Below, in pieces: positions 36,245 to 63,980 of a DNA stretch of 64,000 nt; the stretch's first letter is position 1, and each line of letters starts with the position of its first letter. The stretch lies in NCBI RefSeq assembly GCF_009914755.1, contig NC_060947.1. One strand, 5' to 3'. The position numbers were made by a program, and so were the translations under genes. The DNA is from the human T2T-CHM13v2.0 reference genome, Homo sapiens. The notes below the pieces were generated by a model. The model did not search any database. It was given only the letters and a program-made list of their open reading frames with translations, and was not told where the DNA came from.

Positions 36245-36510
36245 CTGTGCAGAAGCAGCGGCAGAAGTAGCAGGTGAGAGCTCAGAGGGTCTCCAGGTAA
36301 CAGGATGCAACGCTTAAGTCGACGGCCGTGCCTCAGAGCCCGGGACTCGGGGGGCCAGCCACCAGCTTGCAAGCCGTGGTCACTCAAAGTGCTTGAGAAG
36401 GTGTTCGTGGGCGGCAGACGGCTGCCCTTCCAGTTCCATCTGTCCAGCAACCTTGCAAAGGCGGCCGCTTCGCTGGGTGGCCCACCGGCTGGCACGACTG
36501 TCTCCGAATG
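36245..36510 (-). other. P2RY8: P2RY8 exon 1 (non-coding 5' UTR exon; 5' partner of the P2RY8-CRLF2 fusion)
   Basis: The minus strand contains GCGGCCGCCTTTGCAAGGTTGC, GGACAGATGGAACTGGAAGG, CACGAACACCTTCTCAAGCA and CCTCTGAGCTCTCACCTGCT, which I recall as P2RY8 exon 1 sequence. It ends ...CTTCTGCACAG|GTGAGC, a strong 5' splice site. The TSS (upper bound) is approximate. Confidence 0.9.
36380..36439 (-). CDS. candidate uORF in P2RY8 exon 1 (19 aa, MELEGQPSAAHEHLLKHFE)
   Basis: The only ATG in exon 1 (context cagATGG), with an in-frame TGA at 36382-36380. Translation is unproven. Confidence 0.35.
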   Translation of the reverse strand: MELEGQPSAAHEHLLKHFE

Positions 36511-36720
36511 CAAATTCTGCAAACTCCACCTCCCAGCGCACCACCACGGTTGCGACTCAGGCTTAGGTGGAAAGGAAGTGTGTTGTGACATTTCCTCTGT
36601 AACTGTCTGAACACTCATGTGCAGGGCTGAGCCCACTGGAGTAACGTCGCTGTGTCTCTGGGCAGCACCGTTAACCGCCCACCTCCCTATCACTGGCTCG
36701 CAGGGGGCCCTACTCTTAAG
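36490..36720 (-). promoter_or_regulatory. P2RY8: P2RY8 promoter: octamer and ETS/PU.1 sites in CpG-enriched unique DNA
   Basis: ATGCAAAT at 36508-36515, AAAGGAAGTG at 36571-36580, AGAGGAAA (minus) at 36591-36598. CpG is enriched over ~36050-36720. No TATA box seen. Confidence 0.7.
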
Positions 36721-37196
36721 AGAACCCTGAGAGTGAGGAAAAGAGGGAGAATGATTTTTCTAAATTTTGTAACCAGCAGTGAAGAGCCGTGGCATGCTCC
36801 AGAACCGATTCCTGTTTCTTCTGAAATAACAAAACAAAAGAAAGAAAGAACAGAACACGTTTCCTTTTAGACTCTAAAGCTGTGCTCATTGCGACATCTC
36901 TTGGTACACAGCCAGACTGTGACAAGCGAACAGACCTTGGGCACTGATCATTCCGGCTCTCACAGTTGGTCACGGGCGCTGCAGGCTCATATCCTCAACA
37001 TCCCATGGGGGATCGGCCAGTTTCAGGAATGAGAACCAGGTTTCCGAGCTCTGGTATCCTTGCTTGTGAGGAGCAACGGTTGGTTCTTGTCACTCGTGGG
37101 AGGAGGTTGAGAGGGAAGGATCTGTCACTGAGAAAGAATGAGTGAATATTGAACCACTGCTCAGGGAAAAGACATGGTAGAATCAATCCCTCAAGC

Positions 37197-38467
<1,271 letters not shown>

Positions 38468-38524
38468 TCAATAAGTAGCTTTATATTATGTGTGTTTCTG
38501 TTTGAAAACACCTTATTAAGGAAA

Positions 38525-40217
<1,693 letters not shown>

Positions 40218-40255
40218 CTATTCATCAGTTTGTGAAGTGTTTGTCTTCAGGATTA

Positions 40256-40825
40256 CAGTGGTCCCTCCTTCTTCATGGTAGACGTGGTCCATAAAGTCGG
40301 AGCAAACGCTGAGTTAACAAATACAAACCGTCCTGCAAAAAGTCCACACTTAGACGCCTGTAGCTTTTGTACCTCTGGTCCCCAAATTTTTCACAGCTGA
40401 TCCATACATAACCTTATTTTAAGTGTGTTTCTGTTTAAAAAGCCGTATGGAGTCGATATTGTGGACGCAGTCACATTGAACTCACAGCCAACGGCATTAT
40501 AATTCATGCCTGGGCAAAGCGTCTCTAACACACCTATTTTCTCCATAAGACGCGCTGCAGTCTTCATGGCCTTAGGGATGCTAGGCAGCTTTGCAGCTTC
40601 TGGGGCTTTTGAAACAGAAATCACCAACAAAATGCACAAAAATGTAAAAATACCTGGCACTCAGTATACCCCCAAAAGGATGAGCTGATCCCGGAAGGCC
40701 CCCATTTTTCACCACTGTGTGTCTGTTTTTGAACGTTTGCAAAATCGTCATGAGTCTTGGTTTTGGGGTTCCAAATAAATGTTAGTGTGTGGAGGAATTC
40801 ACAGATATAGAAGTCGAGAATAATT
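40256..40825 (-). mobile_element. MER82 (TcMar-Tigger)
   Basis: Minus strand matches MER82: CATTTTTGTGCATTTTGTTGGTGATTTC...GGAGAAAATAGGTGTGTTAGA...AAACAGAAACACAC. Confidence 0.8.
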
Positions 40826-40834
40826 TGCATTTCT

Positions 40835-41766
<932 letters not shown>

Positions 41767-41989
41767 TTATCTTTGCTAATCAGACAGAAGTGAAACAGCT
41801 GTCCCAAGGCAGACTCAGGGTCACGTGGCATTTGGAAGAGAGTCCTTTGAAAATGGGCTCTTCACGGCGAAAGCTGTGATCTTCTCTCTGCCCAAGTGTT
41901 GCTCAAATAAGTGGAGGTTGTAGGAATATTTGGACACCTTCTTCAGCTTGCTGTGAGGATGACCCATGGAGTAGGGGGATGGCCTGTAA

Positions 41990-42546
<557 letters not shown>

Positions 42547-42992
42547 TCATGTAATTACATAACGGAATCATGTAGTTTCGCCTTGCAAAGCTGTGCACAG
42601 ATGGGACAGCTCCCGTCAGAAAGACACGAAGCTTATGGCTTGCAGTCGTCAAGGGCTGGACATTCAGACGGAAGAGGGAGGTGCATTGAGAAGCAGACAA
42701 GACTGGGCTATGGTTGCAGCTGACGGTCCCAGCAGAGCTCTCTGGCTACAAGCTTGCAGGCGAACATTTGGGGTCCAGGCTGCAGTGAGACCTGGGGGAG
42801 TATGACCAGGAGGGCTTGGGCTGCGAGGCCCAGATCCACTGTCTCTAAGATACGTAACCCTGGACTGTGTCGGGAGAGGCAGAAAGAGGAGATCCGGTTG
42901 CAGATGTCGGGGTGGTCAGCAGCTGGCTCGTTGGTGCTGCTGGGTTTTGTGGGAACCGTGCCTCTTCTCTCCCCATAGAAAGGGCAGGAGGC

Positions 42993-43958
<966 letters not shown>

Positions 43959-44133
43959 TAGATATTACTGTAGTAGGTTATGTAATTAAAAAGCCTTAAG
44001 CTGCTAAAACAGTATTTTTCAGAGATGTGAAATGCAGTATGGGACTAATTATTATTATTATTTTTCCTTCTCTAAGTCTAAAGATAAACTATGAAATGCT
44101 CCGTCATGGTGTTTGAAGGGTCCTTCCAATCTT

Positions 44134-44683
<550 letters not shown>

Positions 44684-44934
44684 TTAGCAAAAGATGTAAA
44701 CTCTCTCGTAATAGATTGATGTGTTTTTTCTTTTATCAGAGTAAATGCTAAATATCAGTTGACCCAATAGCAAGTTAAAAGAAAAAAGTATGTGAGTCAG
44801 GTGAAAAATTCTGATGGTTAATGTCCTAAAGACAAGTTTGTTATTTATTAATGTGCATAATATAATTTTGCAACATAAAATTTTAAAAAATAAAATTGTT
44901 TACCCCCCTGAAAAAAGATATATCGTTATATGAA

Positions 44935-46050
44935 TTGGTGTTCTCCAGGGAAAGGAATCAATAGAATATATTTTTATATATACATAAGAGATAAATTTTT
45001 ATCTGGGTGTGCAATGTTTATATATGTAAATATATGTGTTTTATTACATATATCTTTTGGTAGATAAGGACATATGCATATATATTTCTTTTATAGAATT
45101 TATAAATATTTATATAGTCTATACATATTTACTTATTTATAAATACACACATATATATATTTTAACAACTATACAATATATGCGACTTCTTGGAAGAAAC
45201 TGACTCATAGCATTATAGAGATTGAGCTGTCCCACAATCTGCTGTGTGAAAAGCTGGAGACCTGAAAGAGCCAAGGGTGTGAGTTCCCGTCTGAGTCTGA
45301 ATTTCTACCTAGGAGAGTGGAGGGTATGACTTCCCATCTGAGTCTGAAGACCTGAGACCCAGGAGAGCCAAGAGTGTGAGTTCCAGTCTGAGTCTGAAGG
45401 CCTGAGACCCAGGAGAGCTGAGGGTGTGAGTTCTAGTGTGAGTGAATTTCTGAGACCCAGGAGAGCTGAGGTGGTGAGTTCCTGTCTGAGTCTGAAGGCC
45501 TGAGACCCAGGAGAGCAGAGGGTGTGAATTCTGGTGTGAGTCTGAAGGCCTGAGACCCAGAATAACTGAGGGTGTGAGTTCCTGTCTGAGTTTGAAGGCC
45601 TGAGACCCAGGATAACTGAGGGTGTGAGCTCCTGTCTGAATCTGAAGGCCTGAGACCCAGGAGAGCTGAGGGTGTGAGTTCTAGTGTGAGTCTGAATTTC
45701 TGAGACCCAGGAGAGCTGAGGTGGTGAGTTCTAGTGTGAGTCTGAATTTCTGAGACCCAGGAGAGCTGACGGTGTGAGTTCTAGTGTGAGCCTGAAGGCC
45801 TGAGACCCAGGAGAGCTGAGGGTGTGAGTTCTAGTGTGAGTCTGAATTTCTGAGACCCAGGAGAGCTGAGGTGGTGAGTTCCTGTCTGAGTTTGAAAGCC
45901 TGAGACCCAGGAGAGCTGACGGTGTGAGTTCTAGTGTGAGCCTGAAGGCCTGAGACCCAGGAGAGCTGAGGGTGTGAGTTCCAGTCTGAAGGCCTAGGGA
46001 GACCAATGTCACAGCTGAAAGCCCATCAGGCAGAAGGAATTCCCTCTTAG
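44935..46050 (-). mobile_element. MLT2B-like ERVL LTR containing AT-rich expansion and the 50 bp VNTR
   Basis: TTCTCCAGGGAAAGGAATCAATAG...TCCCACAATCTGCTG...AGCTGGAGACC...GACCAATGTCACAGCT. Confidence 0.65.
45255..45995 (+). repeat. VNTR, 50 bp unit CTGAGACCCAGGAGAGCTGAGGGTGTGAGTTCTAGTGTGAGTCTGAAGGC, ~14-15 copies
   Basis: CTGAGACCCAG at 45352, 45402, 45450, 45500 ... 45950. Confidence 0.95.
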
Positions 46051-47009
46051 TTTCTGGGGAGACGGCTGTGCATAGCTGTCCACCTGCTTGACCTCTCTAT
46101 GGGGCAGCTGCAGACCCTCAGGCTGGGTGCTACAGACCGATGTGGTTCAGTCATGTTCATTTCCGCATCTCGTGGGGCCATGCGTTGTATCTTGTGAGTC
46201 CGCGTTGCAGGTTGCAGGGAAAAATATGTTCATCTCTCTGACATGGTGTTTGAAGGTGTCTGAGCCGATCTGAGCTGATCCGAGGATGCCAGCTGAACCC
46301 CAGTGGGTTTAGTGACCGCCGTAAGGTTGTTTGGGGCTGTTTCTCTGAAGGAAACCAGGAACAGGATGTGTTCATGTCCCGGGAGAGCTGAGGGCCTGAT
46401 GTTGAGAGAGGAACGGAAAACCGACAGGGCCTGGAGGAAGAGAGGGACAGAAATAGCAGCCCGGGCCAGGCCCCCACGTCTGCCCTGGGAAACGAGGCTG
46501 CCTGCTTCCAGGGGATCCTGTAAAGCCTGTTGTTGACCCGTAAGTTCCTGGCTGTTAGGAGCTGCCCTCCCAATGTGCACACCCAAGGGACAGAGAGACA
46601 AGGCGGCCAGGGGCTGCGGTGGGGGCCAAGCCATCGTGCCAGCTTCTCTGCTGGGTACGCAAGGTTTCAGGGCTGAGTATACCCTGAATTTTTGGGGGGT
46701 GTGTTCACCCAGGCCTGGGTGGCCTAGACAGCCCCAGGAATAGAATCCCAGACCCAAAATCAAAGCATATCCATGCAGGCCAAGTGTGGAGATGTTAGTC
46801 TATTTGCAGCAATTGGTTTAGGGATGGGGAGTGTGTTTAATTCTGCTTCTCATACCCCTTTTTCAAAATAATTGTAGGTTCACCCCCTGAATGTGGGAAA
46901 CGAAGCTCATTTGCAAGTAAGGTCTTTGTAGATGTGAGAAAGGTTAGGAACTGGAGGGCTGTAGGCTCAGTTGTTCCTGCAACACGTCCTAAGCAAAATC
47001 CTGGGCATA

Positions 47010-48235
<1,226 letters not shown>

Positions 48236-48787
48236 GAAAAAAAGATTCTGGGCATGGATGGAGATGGGGAACAGGAAAGAAAGAGAAAGAGAAGAAAACA
48301 CAGCATGGGTGGGGTCCGAAGAACCACCCAAGGCTCCATCGTCCTGGGACCTTTGAGGGATCATGTGGGACCCGCCTCAGAGCCATCCCTCTGAGACAAG
48401 TGAAGGATGGACATTGTGGGCTGAGCTGGTTTCCTCTGAACCTGGGGCAGCAGAGGAGATGGATGTGACTGTGGTCACCCTGGGGTTGTTCGGAGGACGC
48501 AGGTCTCACTGAGCCTCTGGGATCCTTGTCTTATGAGATTAATTTTTACCCATCTGTGTGCACCATCAACCTCTTAATCTTGCATGATTGACGGCCAAGC
48601 CTATTGCAGCGAAAGGCTGGTGGCTGTTTGTGGGGTGAGAAGCCGAGTGTATTTTGGGGGTACGATGCCTTGGGGCCGTTCCTGGTGTGAGTGAGGCGGT
48701 ATTGGTCACCGACAGTTACTGGGCTCTGTGTGCCAGGTGGATGCACAGACTTTCTGTCATCAAACATATGTGTTACAAGAACGCTCG

Positions 48788-49454
<667 letters not shown>

Positions 49455-49567
49455 CTAATGGCATGATTTCCTTCCTCATGGCAAATCCCACTGCAATGTC
49501 CCACAGAACCCCACCCTGGCATTCCGTATCTCCTTCCTGGGATGGGGTTCTCTGTTCTGTGCCTGCA

Positions 49568-50676
<1,109 letters not shown>

Positions 50677-50861
50677 CTCTGCTAATGCCTGGCTGATATA
50701 AGTGACTTATGTGCTTTCTTCTACCCCCAAACACAGCCTTCAGGCCGGTGGAGGCCAAAATAATTCTCCACTCTTCCCTATGCACCTAGCACAGTGTCTG
50801 GTACACCAGAGACACCCCATCACTCATTACTGCATGGGAATAAAGCAGGAAATAGAGCATG

Positions 50862-51160
50862 TCGGCTGGGTGCAGTGGCTTACACCTGTCATCCCAGCAC
50901 TTTTGGAGGCTAAGGCGGGTGGATCACCTGAGGTCAGGAGTTCGAGACTATCCCTGCCAACATGGTGAAATCCCGTATCTACTAAAAATACAAAAAATAG
51001 CTGGGTGTGGTGGCAGATGCCTGTAATCCCAGCTATTTGGGAGGCTGAGGCAGGAGAATTACTTGAGCCTATGAGGGGGAAGTTGTAGAGAGCTGAGATT
51101 GAGATTGCACCACTGCACTTCAGCTTGGGTGACAGAGTGAGACTCTGTCTCAAAAAAAAA
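50862..51160 (+). mobile_element. Alu (AluS)
   Basis: Sense Alu dimer. Confidence 0.9.
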
Positions 51161-51876
51161 AGAAAAAAAAAAAGACAAGAAAGGAGGAAGGAAAGAAAGA
51201 GAGAAAGAAAGAAAGAAAAAGAGAAAGAAAGAAAGAGAAAAGAATACAAGAAGCAAGAAAGGAAGGAAAGAGAGAGAAAGAAAGAAAGAAAAGAAGGAAG
51301 GCAGGAAGGAAGGAAAGAAGGGGAGAGAGAATGAAAAAGAAAAGAAAGAAAGAAAGAAAAAAGAAAGAAAGAAAAGGAAGGCAGGAAGGAAGGGGAGAGA
51401 GAATGAAAAAGAAAAGAAAGAAAGAGAAAAGAATACAAGAAGGAAGGAGGGAGAGAGAAAGAAAGAGAAAGCAAGAGGAAAAGAAAAGAAGGAAGGAAGG
51501 AAGGGGAGAGAGAGAATGAAAAAGAAAGGAAAGAAAAAGAAAAAAGAAGGAAGGCAGGAAGGAAGGAAGGGAGAGAGAATGAAAAAGAAAAGAAAGAAAG
51601 AGAGAAAGGAAAAAGAAAGAAAAGAAAGAAGGCAGGAAGGAAGGAAGGGGAGAGAGAATGAAAAAAGAAAAGAAAGAAAGAGAGAAAGAAAGAAACAGAA
51701 AAGAATACGAGAAGGAAGGAAGGAGAGAGAAAGAAAGAGGAAAAGAAAAGAAGGAAGGAAGAGGAGAGAGAGAATGAAAAAGGAAAGAAAGAAAGAAAAA
51801 GAAAGAAAGAAAGAAAGGAAAGAAAGAGAAAGAAAGAAGGAAAGGAAGGAAGGAAGGAAAGAAGGAAGGAAGGAAG
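51160..51876 (+). repeat. polypurine (GAAA/GGAA)n Alu-tail expansion
   Basis: About 715 nt, nearly pyrimidine-free, with a recurring GGAGAGAGAATGAAAAAG subunit. Confidence 0.95.
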
Positions 51877-52434
51877 GGCCCTGACTGCGTAGAAGTCACC
51901 CCCCGGGGACGATTCCTCAGACTGACGGGCTGAACATTAACCTGGTACATCTTGGAAACGGCGCACACATCACACCTTTTCACGGTAAAGTGAGTGCAGA
52001 CGGGTGAAGACGTTTTGTATGCGAGAAAGTATGGAACACGAGAAATCATTTCTTCCATCAGGTTTCCCCTACAGTTTGTGGGAGAAATGAAGACATTCTA
52101 TAAATGGAAAACCAAAAAATCATTTATTCCATGAGTACCTTCCTACAGTTTGTGGGAGAAAGGGTGACATAGGAGAAAAGTGATTTGGGACAGAAAAGAG
52201 TCTCTGATTTTCCCAACTCACACAAGTCCAGGGACTTCCTTTCACATCCAGTCTCAGGAACAGAGAATTTGGTTCTTCACTATTCACATGGTGTAGGCTG
52301 ATCTGGTTGCCACAGACAACTTCAGCATGACCGGGTGGCCAGAGAGCCACCAGCACAGCCTTGCTCATCTGAAATCCTAAGACTAATCCACTTGGGGTCT
52401 TTCCAGTGGAGAGAGGGTCTGCTTCCTATCTGCT

Positions 52435-54050
<1,616 letters not shown>

Positions 54051-54784
54051 CTCTCCTGAAATATGAAGGTTCCAGCCCCAGCAAATGAGGGAAAGGAAAG
54101 AGTCATCCACGTCCAGGGAGGGTCAGGGTTGAAGCTGATGCTACCAGGGCCCTCTTGAGTTGGCGTTTAGGGCCAGATGCCGTGCGTAGAGAATGTGTAC
54201 GGGGGAATGGAGACGGCCACCGTTTCTCATCTGTGCCGTAAAGTCCCAGGCACTCGGGCCGTCCTGGGACCCAGTGCCTGGCAAACATACTTCAGGATGG
54301 CTTTCACGGGAACCCTGTGAAACTCTGCCGGGGCTGTGTAGCCACCGCCTTTCACTTCTCATGAGGCTTTCCTGAGTAACCCAGTTGTCTCTCTGGCTGT
54401 TGGCAGCCCTGGGGAGGTCTGTTGTTGACTGCAAAGGTGGTACGGGAAGAGGAAGTACCACACCCTCCAACTTTCTGCATCGCGAACCCTATCTGACCCT
54501 CCTCATCTAGGGGTGCTGTTTTTCTGCAGAAGTTGGCACTACAGTCTTGAAGAAAACAAAACAAAACAAAACACCAAAGTACTGGCTACAGGAAGCCCAG
54601 GCTACCAATTTCATTTCCTTATAATCTCAGTTCTGGGGTCTTGATTTGAACATGATGCTCCAGTGTCAGGAAGGGGTCAAAAAAGGGAAGCATGTCTGTG
54701 ACCTTCAACTCAGGAGGAAAACACTTTATGGTTGTTTCTTCTTTTTAAATTAAATCTATCGAGAGGCAGAACCACTGAGGAATA

Positions 54785-56960
<2,176 letters not shown>

Positions 56961-56969
56961 TTGCACATT

Positions 56970-57996
56970 TGTCCATCCATCTTCTATTCATCCATCCATT
57001 TATCCATCCATTTATCCATCCATCCATCCATCCATCCATCCATCCATCCATCCATGCATCCATTCATTCATCTATCTTTATCTATCTATCTATCTATGTA
57101 TCATCTATCTGTGTATCTATCATCTATCTATCATCTATCAATCTATCTATGTATCTATCTACCTATCATCTATCTTATCTATCTATGTATCTATGTATCT
57201 ATCTATGTATCTATGTATGTATGTATCCATCTATCATTTATCTATTTATCATCTATCTATCTGTGTATCTATCTCTGTATCTATGTATCTATCTATCATC
57301 TATCTATCTAATCTATCTATCCATCTATGTATCTATGTGTCTATTTATCTATCATCTATCTATCTAATCTATCTATCCATCTATGTATCTATCTATGTGT
57401 CTATTTATCTATCATCTATCTAATCTATGTGTCTATCTATGTATCTATGTATCTATCTGTCATCTATCTATCCATCATCTATCTATCTACCTACCTATCG
57501 TCTATCTATCTATCTATCTATGTATCTATGTATGTATCTATGTATCTATCTATCATCTATCTAATCTATCTATCTATCTATCTATCTATGTAGCTAATCT
57601 ATCTATATATCTATCTATCATCTATCTGTCTACCTACCTACCTATCATCTATCTTATCTATCTATAATCTATGTATCTATATATCTATGTATCTATGCAT
57701 CTATGTATCTATCATGTATCATCCATCTATCTACCTACCTATCATTTATCTATTGTATGTATGTATGTATGTATGTATGTATCTATCATCTATCATCTAT
57801 CTAATCTATCTCTGTATCTATGTATCTATCTATCTATCATCTACCTATCTAATCTATGTATCTATTTATCTATCATCTATCTATCTAATCTATGTATCTA
57901 TCCATCTATCTATTATCTATCTATCCATCATCTATCTACCTACCTATCATCTATCTATGTATCTATCTATGTATGTATCTATCTATCATCTATCTA

Positions 57997-58040
<44 letters not shown>

Positions 58041-58072
58041 GTCATCTATTATCTATGTATCTATCATGTATC

Positions 58073-58119
<47 letters not shown>

Positions 58120-58130
58120 ATCTATCATCT
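56970..58130 (+). repeat. (TCCA)n/(TATC)n simple repeat
   Basis: Read directly from the sequence. Confidence 0.95.
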
Positions 58131-58139
58131 TCTGTATTA

Positions 58140-58345
58140 AAGTGGTTCTCAACTGGAGAAGATTTTGCTGTCCATGAGACATCAGTAAAATATGGAGTCA
58201 TCCTTGGTTCTCACCACTGGCTGGAGCAGGAGGTGCTCCTGTCATCTGGTGGGCGGAGCTGAGGGACACTGCTCAATATTGTACAGTGCACAGGACGGCC
58301 CCACCGCAGAGGATTCTCCAGTCTCAAATGTCAGCAGCTCCAGGC
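58140..58345 (+). mobile_element. MER20
   Basis: AGTGGTTCTCAACTGG...CAGTGCACAGGACGGCCCC...CAAATGTCAGCAG. Confidence 0.8.
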
Positions 58346-58849
58346 CTGGCATGTTCTTGGATAACCCCCTCTCCCCACATCCTTTCTGGGATGCCCCATT
58401 GTGGCTGCCTTCATCATCTTTTCAATTAGGGGATGGTGAATGAAGACACTGGAGACTATCTGGGTAGAGAGTTTCTCTCTGAGTTCCCAGGGATGCCTCT
58501 GTCCTGGACCCCAGCACAGATCACCACGGGCAGCCCCTAACCATTGCCAGGCTCCTGAGGAGGGTCACCCTGCGCTTACTCCCCGTCATACCCATCTGGG
58601 GAATGGGTGGCTTCCACAGACTCACCAGGCATCTCCCTGTATCCCTGTACCCGCTGGAGGGTGCTACGTTGTCTCCGATTTACAGGGACAGTTTGATCAA
58701 CCAACCCAGATCCCCAGATAGTGAGATGGTGTCTGGGCTACAAACCCAGGCCACCGATGTTCCTTGCTATTTAGGAATAAAGATATTTATGTCCCCGTTG
58801 TTTGGGGGAGTTCGTCCACCAGTAAAACTACAGAAAAGTGGAATGCTGT

Positions 58850-60393
<1,544 letters not shown>

Positions 60394-60397
60394 CATA

Positions 60398-60830
60398 CTC
60401 TCTTCCCTCCCTCCCTTCCTTCTTTCCTTCCTTCCTCCCTCCCTCCTTCCCTCCCTCTCTCTTACTTTCTTTTGCTTCTTTATTTCTCTCTTCTTTCTTT
60501 CTGTTTGTTCTTTCTTTCTCTTTCTCTCTCTCCTATCTTTCTTTCTCTCTCCTTCCTTCCTTCCTTTCTCCCTCCCTCCCTCTCTCTGTCTTTCTTTCTT
60601 TTCCTTCTTTCTTTCTCTCTCTCTTTGTTCTTTCTTTCTCTATCTTTCTCTCTTTCTCTCTCTCTCCTTCCTTCCTCCCTCCCTCCGTCTCTCTCTCTCT
60701 GTTCCTTCCTTCCTTTCTCTCTCTCTCTCTCCTTCCTTCCTCCCTACCTCCGTCTCTCTGTTCCTTCCTTTCTCTCTCTCCTTCTTTCTTTCTTTCTTCC
60801 TTCCTTCCTTCCTTCCTTCCTTCCTTCCTT
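60398..60830 (+). repeat. polypyrimidine (TTCC/TTTC/TC)n tract, tail of an antisense Alu (60830-61090)
   Basis: Read directly from the sequence. Confidence 0.95.
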
Positions 60831-61119
60831 GACAGGGTTTTGCTCCTGTCTCCTAGGCTGGAGTGCAATGACATGATCTCAGCTCTGCCTCCTGGGTTCA
60901 AGCAATTCAGCCTCCCAAGTAGCTGGGATTACAGGCACCCACCATCAAACCTGGCTCATTTTTGTATTTTTAGTAGAGATGGGGTTTCACCACGTTGGCC
61001 AGGCTAGTCTCGAACCCCTGACCATAGGTGATCCACCTGCCTTAGCTTCCCAGAGTGCTGGGATTACAGGGGTAAGTCGCTGTGCTCAGTTGCCATACAC
61101 TTAAAAAAAAAAAAAATGA

Positions 61120-61374
<255 letters not shown>

Positions 61375-61589
61375 TAACAAGAGTACCAGGTGCATTCCTC
61401 AAAGCTGTGGGGCAAACAGATTTTTCAAAGGTCATTAAAGACCAATTGTTTTTTCAGGCCTGGTGCAGGAGATATAAGTTACAGAGGAGTTTTGACGTCT
61501 ATTCATAGCCTGTGAATTGGGATTGCCCTTCTCATCTCTACTTTCCCTGGCCGGGTGACCCTGCCCCGGGGGAGCCCATGAGAGGCTGA

Positions 61590-61901
<312 letters not shown>

Positions 61902-62069
61902 GGAGTTGGGTATTTTTTTTACTTCATCAGAGTGAAATAGAAGAAGAGTTATATTTGTTTACTATAACTATGATGAAAGATCTAAGTTATTTTACACTAA
62001 AAGTTATATGAGGTTTTGATTTGTGACATCTCCAAAGTAAGCTTTGGAGGAATGAATGAAAAGAATATG

Positions 62070-63265
<1,196 letters not shown>

Positions 63266-63449
63266 AGTGTTTATAGTAATATTTGCAATTGTATAGGGTT
63301 TTGATGGTGATTACGCTTTGCCACAATCACTTCCTCTGCCTCAGCATCTCCCTTTTGTCTGCTTGTTTTGCTCTGGTTCTTTTTTTTTTTTTTTTCCACC
63401 TTTCTTTAGATTGTAACAAGAATGCACGTGGACAAAAACTGGGACTGAG

Positions 63450-63980
63450 GCCATCCCATTACTGGGTATATACCCAAAGGATTATAAATCATCCTGCTAT
63501 AAAGACACATGCACACGCATGTTTATTGCAGCACTATTCACAATAACAAAGACTTGGAACCAACCCAAATGCCCATCAATAATAGACTGGATTAAGAAAA
63601 TATGGCACATAGACACCATGGAATACTATGCAGCCATGAAAAAGGATGAGTTCATGTCCTTCGTAGGGACATGGATGAAGCTGGAAACCATCATTCTGAG
63701 CAAACTATCGCAAGGACAGAAAACCAAACACCGCATGTTCTCACTCATACGTGGGAATTGAACAATGAGAAGACTTGGACACAGGGTGGGGAACATCACA
63801 CACCAGGGCCTGTCGTGGGGCGTTGGGAGAGGGGGGAGGGAGAGCATTAGGAGATATACCTAGTGTAAATGACGAGTTAATGGGTGCAGCACACCAACAT
63901 GGCACATGTATACGTATGTAACAAACCTGCACGTTGTGCACACGTACCCTAGAACTTAAAGGATAAAAATTTAAAAAAAT
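63450..63980 (+). mobile_element. L1PA (PA4-6-like) 3' end
   Basis: ORF2 C-terminus MFIAALFTITKTWNQPKCPS...MFSLIRGN, then 3'UTR ending CCCTAGAACTTAAA. Confidence 0.92.

Noticed and set aside
36241-36693. 150 aa minus-strand ORF and 101 aa plus-strand ORF over P2RY8 exon 1
   Set aside because: The minus ORF starts at a non-ATG codon upstream of the likely TSS and runs through the splice donor. Neither resembles a known protein. The P2RY8 GPCR is encoded in exon 2, outside this window.
40391-40660. 89 aa ORF with Tigger-like N-terminal residues
   Set aside because: Decayed remnant within non-autonomous MER82; no intact transposase.
45255-45995. Regularly spaced repeats resembling a CRISPR array (also 27987-28360, 17890-20420)
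   Set aside because: Head-to-tail tandem units without unique spacers, no cas genes, and a human context.
46157-46763. 141-177 aa ORFs in unique upstream DNA (similarly 3814-5035 and 33730-34377)
   Set aside because: GC-rich sequence with chance ORFs, no recognisable domain and no convincing splice architecture.
63519-63761. 80 aa ORF with clear L1 ORF2p similarity
   Set aside because: Only the C-terminal tail of a 5'-truncated L1; not an autonomous element.
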